From Microgenomates group bacterium (GTDB taxonomy: Bacteria > Patescibacteriota > Microgenomatia > Daviesbacterales > UBA10151), in NCBI GenBank assembly GCA_041659805.1, contig JBAZXP010000001.1, positions 64,589-128,588 on the forward strand: a stretch of 64,000 bases of DNA. The letters are read 5' to 3'. A program made the position numbers and the translations under genes. Of this stretch, positions 59,488 through 64,000 are shown one piece after another. The notes below the pieces were generated by a model, which saw nothing but the letters and a program-made list of their open reading frames with translations, searched no databases and was not told the DNA's origin. Each line of letters opens with the position of its first letter. The stretch's first letter is position 1.

Positions 59488-60384
59488 ATGGGCAAAATTT
59501 TAACTGTATTTATTACTGTCATCGTTTGTACTGTGGTGGTTGTTGGCGCTTACTTTTTTATCTACAAGAAAACCGGCGCTCCTTTACTCCAAAGCACTTC
59601 TCCTAATGTTCTATATCTTACTAACCCTGTTTTATCTTTTTCAGGAAAAATAGAATCAATCAAGGAAAATACTTTTACAGTCAGTCAGGAGATGATTTTA
59701 AATCAAGCCGTATCCTTACAAACAAATCCCAACCAAACAACTAAAGCACAAACAAAAAAAATAACATACCAAGTACTGGTAACTGAAAAAACAATGATTA
59801 TTCAATCCACAAATAATGTTCCTTACTTGCTGAAACAAACTACCTCACTCGCCTCTCCTTCCGCAACCTCAAATAAATTAACCAACAAAGATCTGAAAAC
59901 AGGACAATATATTACAGTAACCTCCAATACAGATCTTCGAACCCTTTTAGGAAACCAATTTGAGGCAAATTATATTAGTATTACCCCTAATATATTCTCA
60001 ATCATTGGTAAAATTAACAAAATTAATGGTAATGAGATTAGTGTCTTAGGAACTGCCAATCCAGCTGCTTTTCCCACTTCAACTAATCTTCAAGCTTCTA
60101 AAGAAAAGGAATATACAATTATCATTGATCAAAATACAGAAATATCAGGAAGTATAGCAACAAACAACCCTACTATACCTTCAAAACCTGAAAAATATTC
60201 ATTATCAGACCTTAAAAAAGACCTTCAGGTAATGATCTACGCTGAAGGTGATGTTAATTCAAACCAGAAAACAACAGCTTTAAGAGTCAGCCCCCTCTTT
60301 ATAACCAACCTCCCTCTTACTCAATTACTCCAATCATCATCACCAGCTCAATCTACAAAATCCGGTACACAAAAACCAAAATGA
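59488..60384 (+). CDS. membrane-anchored Ser/Thr-rich protein
   Basis: 298 aa. N-terminal TM helix FITVIVCTVVVVGAYFFIY. Low-complexity T/S/N-rich ectodomain. Confidence 0.4.
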   Translation: MGKILTVFITVIVCTVVVVGAYFFIYKKTGAPLLQSTSPNVLYLTNPVLSFSGKIESIKENTFTVSQEMILNQAVSLQTNPNQTTKAQTKKITYQVLVTEKTMIIQSTNNVPYLLKQTTSLASPSATSNKLTNKDLKTGQYITVTSNTDLRTLLGNQFEANYISITPNIFSIIGKINKINGNEISVLGTANPAAFPTSTNLQASKEKEYTIIIDQNTEISGSIATNNPTIPSKPEKYSLSDLKKDLQVMIYAEGDVNSNQKTTALRVSPLFITNLPLTQLLQSSSPAQSTKSGTQKPK

Positions 60385-61301
60385 GCCTAAATAAAAGTTT
60401 ACTTGGATTAATTCTGGCGCTGTTTATTTTTCCAACAATAGCACATGCAGAGATTGCTACAGTAAAAGACTGGATTGGATTATTTCCTATAAACGTAACT
60501 GGGTATAGCAAAGCTGATACTTATGCCGGTTGTCCGAGTTTAGACCCAATCAATAAATATTGTTGGTTCTATACCAGTAGTCCAACTTGTAACCAAGTAG
60601 CTGGTACAGTGCCAAAACTGGCTGATAATCCTGCTACTTGCTCTTTTACTTTTAATCCTCTTCCCCCTGTTGGTTATTATGTGTTCCGCTTAATGGCTAA
60701 TGACGAACAAACTATCGACGCTTTAATTGCCACATCAAGACAAATGTATACTAATGCCACTGCTTCTGCAACGCTCACGCCAACCCCAACCCCTGTTGCA
60801 GCCAATGGTAAACTTTACCGTATTACAGGAGACTTAACCTTAAATAGTGATATTACAGTCTATGAAACAGGAGTTATTTTTGTTGATGGTAATCTTACTA
60901 TAAATACTAATATTCTTAACAACAATGCAACAAAGGGGCTTGTTTTTGTAGTCAAGGGTGAAATCTTTATTCAACGTGATGTAACAAAGGTTAATGCTTT
61001 TTTGATTGCCCACGGAAAAAACTCCAGCGGAGATGACATAACTCCGTTTTGTACGGCATACGATCCAGTTGATGGTTGTAATGATTACGCAGTTAATGCA
61101 ACCCGTAAATACTTGGAGATTAACGGATCGATTATTTCTTTAAACCAAAATACTGCCTACCCTGCGAATTTTGCCAGAAAAAAATATGATGCAATATTGG
61201 CTGACAAGCCAGCTGAAACTATTAATTATGAAGCAAAATATTTAGTAATCATGAAGGATATTTTTTCCAGAGACTTAAGAATCTGGAGAGAAGTTCAATA
61301 G
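60381..61301 (+). CDS. secreted protein, possibly beta-helical
   Basis: 306 aa with a signal peptide. Repetitive LTLNSDITVYETGVIFVDGNLTINTNIL...VFVVKGEIFIQ segment. Confidence 0.4.
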   Translation: MSLNKSLLGLILALFIFPTIAHAEIATVKDWIGLFPINVTGYSKADTYAGCPSLDPINKYCWFYTSSPTCNQVAGTVPKLADNPATCSFTFNPLPPVGYYVFRLMANDEQTIDALIATSRQMYTNATASATLTPTPTPVAANGKLYRITGDLTLNSDITVYETGVIFVDGNLTINTNILNNNATKGLVFVVKGEIFIQRDVTKVNAFLIAHGKNSSGDDITPFCTAYDPVDGCNDYAVNATRKYLEINGSIISLNQNTAYPANFARKKYDAILADKPAETINYEAKYLVIMKDIFSRDLRIWREVQ

Positions 61302-61363
61302 GATAAAGTCTAAATGACTTTCGAGTCCCATCTTATTTTTCCGAAAGGAAAAGCAAGCTTTGC

Positions 61364-62128
61364 TTATTTCCCAAAATTTCTTTTTTGATCCTGGTACCAT
61401 TTTATGGCTTTTTTTAATTCTTCTGGGGTAAAATCAGGCCAAAGCACTTTCGTAAAATATAATTCAGAATATGCAGTTTGCCAAAGTAAAAAATTTGAAA
61501 GTCTCACATAACCCCCTGTTCTGATAACCAAATCAGGATCAGATTGTCCGCTGGTATATAAATGTCTTGAGATTATCTCATCATTGATTTTATTCACATC
61601 CACACCTTCTTTAATTAATTCTTTAATGGCTTCAACAATCTCTTTTTTACCCCCATAATTTAAAGCAACATTTACTTTTATCGCTTCATTCTTTATATAA
61701 ACTTTTTTCAAATCTTCAATCACTTTTCTGACTGAGCCAGGAAGACCTTCAAGCTCCCCCAAGACATTGACCCTTACCCCTTTTTCAGCTAACTTTTTAA
61801 CCTTATTTTTAAATCCAAACTTAAGCAAATGAAACAATCCAGAAACCTCCCTTTTAGCCCTTTCCTTAATATTTTCTGTGGAGAGCGCATAAACTGTTAA
61901 AGTTTTAACTCCCATTTTGGCTGCTGGTTCTATTAAATTCTCCAATGCATCTGCTCCTGCTTCATGACCTTTACCTTCAGGCAGTCCTTTTAATCTCGCC
62001 CATCTGCGATTTCCATCCATAATTATGGCAATATGTTGAGGAACATTTTCCGTACTCATACCCGCAAGATTAACAAATATTTCCGTAATCTTCAATCCGC
62101 TGTTACAATACATGAATGAAAATTGCAA
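61364..62128 (-). CDS. uppS: undecaprenyl-diphosphate synthase (isoprenyl transferase). The true start is probably the internal Met (MSTENV...), which gives an end near 62059.
   Basis: HIAIIMDGNRRWA...GHEAGADALENLIE...VKTLTVYALSTENIKER...DLVIRTGGYVRLSNFLLWQTAYSELYFTKVLWPDF are the canonical cis-prenyltransferase motifs. Confidence 0.85.
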   Translation of the reverse strand: MQFSFMYCNSGLKITEIFVNLAGMSTENVPQHIAIIMDGNRRWARLKGLPEGKGHEAGADALENLIEPAAKMGVKTLTVYALSTENIKERAKREVSGLFHLLKFGFKNKVKKLAEKGVRVNVLGELEGLPGSVRKVIEDLKKVYIKNEAIKVNVALNYGGKKEIVEAIKELIKEGVDVNKINDEIISRHLYTSGQSDPDLVIRTGGYVRLSNFLLWQTAYSELYFTKVLWPDFTPEELKKAIKWYQDQKRNFGK

Positions 62129-63345
62129 TCATGGGCGCAGGGTTCACCGGGCTGACTGCTGCTTTAAGGTTAGCTAAGTTAGGACATCAGATCACTGTTT
62201 TTGAAAAGGAATCTACTGTGGGAGGCCTTGCTGCGGGTTTTAAAGAAAAAGGTTGGGATTGGTTCGTGGATAAAACATATCATCACCTTTTTACCAATGA
62301 TATATATGCCATACATTTAGCCCGCGAGGTAAACCAAAAACTGATTACCAAACAGCCGGAAACTGCAGTCTTGGTAGATAATAAAATGTCTGCTTTTGAT
62401 TCTCCGATTACTCTATTAAAATTTTCCCATCTGACGGTTTTCAACCGTTTCAGAGTTGGGATTTGTACTTTTTATTTAAAATACTTAAGTTCAGCGGAAA
62501 CTTTTGAAAGCCGTTTCGCCCTTGATTGGTTAAATAAATTTATGGGTGAAAGTGCCACAAAAACGATCTGGGATCCTCTGTTTGAAGGTAAATTCGGATC
62601 ACAAAAATATACTATCTCCCTCACCTGGTTTTGGGCCAGAATTAAAAAAAGGACTCAATCATTGGTATACCCTGAAGGAGGATTCCAACATTTTGCAGAG
62701 AAAATCTCACAAGAAATTACTGACCTGGGCGGTAAAATTATCTTGGACACTGAAATCAAAACCCTTAAAAAAGGTTTTGATAAAACAATCATTACCTTAC
62801 CGACACCAACTTTTACCAAAATTACAAAATTGCCAAAACCATATCAAAAAAGGCTTGATTCTATTCCCCATTTATCTGCATTAAATTTAATCATAAAACT
62901 TAAAAAACCTTTTTTTACAAACGGCACTTACTGGTTAAATATTACCGATAAATCCTTCCCCTTTTTAGTAATGGCGGAACATACAAATTTTATGAATAAA
63001 AAATATTATAACAATCAGCACATCTTATATATTGGCTGTTATTTACCGGCAGACCACCCTTACCTAAAAATGTCTGGCGAAAAGCTATTTAAAGTATTTG
63101 ATCCTTACCTCAAAAAAATCAATCCAAATTATGCCCTATGCCCCAAACCTTTAAACCTGTTCACTTTTTCCAATGCTCAACCGATAGTTACACCGAATCA
63201 CAAAACAAAAATACCTGCGTTCAAAACCCCACTTAAGAATGTTTTTTTGGCTAATTTAGATATGGTTTACCCTTGGGACAGGGGTGTAAATTACGCTATA
63301 AATTTAGGGGAAGAAGTTGCTAAAATGGTTAATGGGGAAAAATAA
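62116..63345 (+). CDS. FAD/NAD(P)-binding oxidoreductase (amine oxidase / phytoene desaturase-like family)
   Basis: MKIAIMGAGFTGLTAALRLAKLGHQITVFEKESTVGGLAAGF is a Rossmann dinucleotide-binding motif with the GG signature. 409 aa. Confidence 0.6.
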   Translation: MKIAIMGAGFTGLTAALRLAKLGHQITVFEKESTVGGLAAGFKEKGWDWFVDKTYHHLFTNDIYAIHLAREVNQKLITKQPETAVLVDNKMSAFDSPITLLKFSHLTVFNRFRVGICTFYLKYLSSAETFESRFALDWLNKFMGESATKTIWDPLFEGKFGSQKYTISLTWFWARIKKRTQSLVYPEGGFQHFAEKISQEITDLGGKIILDTEIKTLKKGFDKTIITLPTPTFTKITKLPKPYQKRLDSIPHLSALNLIIKLKKPFFTNGTYWLNITDKSFPFLVMAEHTNFMNKKYYNNQHILYIGCYLPADHPYLKMSGEKLFKVFDPYLKKINPNYALCPKPLNLFTFSNAQPIVTPNHKTKIPAFKTPLKNVFLANLDMVYPWDRGVNYAINLGEEVAKMVNGEK

Positions 63346-63352
63346 AAAGCAT

Positions 63353-64000
63353 GCTTTTAAATGACTTACTATCGGAAATAAATTGGTGGTTAATATTGTT
63401 AGGTTTAGGACTCACCTTTTTACCACTCACCTCATTACTTTTTAAATCTTTTTTTGATAAGGGCTATGCATTTACCAAAATATTGGGGATGCTTTTTTTA
63501 GGATATTTAGTTTGGCTGACCGCAAGCCTAAAAATTCTTCCTTTTAATTTTTTCCAGATAGTTAGTATTCTATTCATATGCTTAATTATTAACCTCAGTT
63601 TACTTTTTAAATATAACCTTATCACTGTTTTTAAAAAACATTTCTGGATTTTTCTCTTGGAAGAATTGATTTTTCTAACTTGCTTTTTATTTTGGGGATA
63701 CGTCAAAGCCCATGCACCTGAAATACACGGATTAGAAAAATTTATGGATTTTGGGTTTATTAATTCTATTCTGAGATCAGATTTCTTCCCTCCTAAGGAC
63801 ATGTGGTTAACCCCATTTAGTATTAATTATTATTATTTCGGGCACTTTGTATCGGCATTACTTATTAAATTATCAAACATTCCCCCTGAAATTGGTTATA
63901 ATTTGATGCTAACTTCTATATTCGGATTGTGTTTTACAGCTTCTTTTTCCATCAGCGCTAATCTTTACCACTCTTTGTTATCACATAAACCTTTCGTGCC
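63353..64000 (+). CDS. DUF2298-like (YYY-motif) polytopic membrane protein, N-terminal part; continues past the window end
   Basis: Open frame from the ATG at 63353 to the window end. Multiple TM helices. DMWLTPFSINYYYFGHF contains the YYY motif of the Chlor_Arch_YYY/DUF2298 family. Confidence 0.45.

Overview
AT-rich bacterial window with the hallmarks of a Candidate Phyla Radiation (Patescibacteria)-like genome, read in the standard genetic code (TGA is a stop).

**Left end and giant surface proteins**
- The F1 ATP-synthase gene tail atpA(partial)-atpG-atpD-atpC opens the window.
- It is followed by two giant Ser/Thr/Gly-rich surface proteins.
  - The first (2115 aa) has an N-terminal MerR/excisionase-type HTH, a single TM helix, a tail-fibre-like repeat ectodomain, and a C-terminal endosialidase-chaperone (Peptidase S74) domain plus coiled coil.
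  - The second (1949 aa) has an N-terminal DUF2341-like domain, a Gly-rich region and six tandem LamG_3 lectin domains.

**Glycosylation cluster and neighbours (16.5-27 kb)**
- Four GT-C-fold membrane glycosyltransferases sit together: a DUF2723/TMEM260-like protein, two tandem TMTC/DUF1736-like TPR paralogs, and a YfhO-like protein.
- Next come ribosomal protein S1 and a type IV pilin-like protein with a C-terminal LamG domain.

**Fragmented rRNA locus (27.6-43.6 kb, minus strand)**
- 5S (~27.6 kb), 23S (~30.6-34.4 kb) and 16S (~41.3-43.6 kb) lie on the minus strand, separated by protein genes including gap, pgk and hypotheticals.
- The 23S carries two ORF-less insertions at positions matching known LSU intron sites (~L1917 and ~L2500).
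- The 16S carries an ~870-bp insertion near the decoding centre that encodes a single-motif LAGLIDADG homing endonuclease.
- Also present: tRNA-Ala (minus, upstream of 23S), tRNA-Ile(GAT) on the opposite strand with a partial 3'-half direct repeat, and a free-standing double-motif LAGLIDADG gene.

**Right third (46-54 kb)**
- A duplicated, mosaic cassette encodes LysM-like proteins, membrane-anchored proteins and Cys-rich secreted proteins.
- Each Cys-rich protein carries three textbook thrombospondin type-1 (TSP1) repeats, which are very unusual in bacteria.
- The two Cys-rich genes share a 671-bp identical block.

**Right end**
- A deoxysugar cluster: DegT aminotransferase, dTDP-glucose 4,6-dehydratase and a radical SAM enzyme.
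- A second tail-fibre-like S74 protein, followed by uppS, an FAD oxidoreductase and a partial DUF2298 (YYY) membrane protein.

Overall this looks like a host-attachment / surface-glycoprotein island interleaved with an intron-rich, fragmented rRNA locus.
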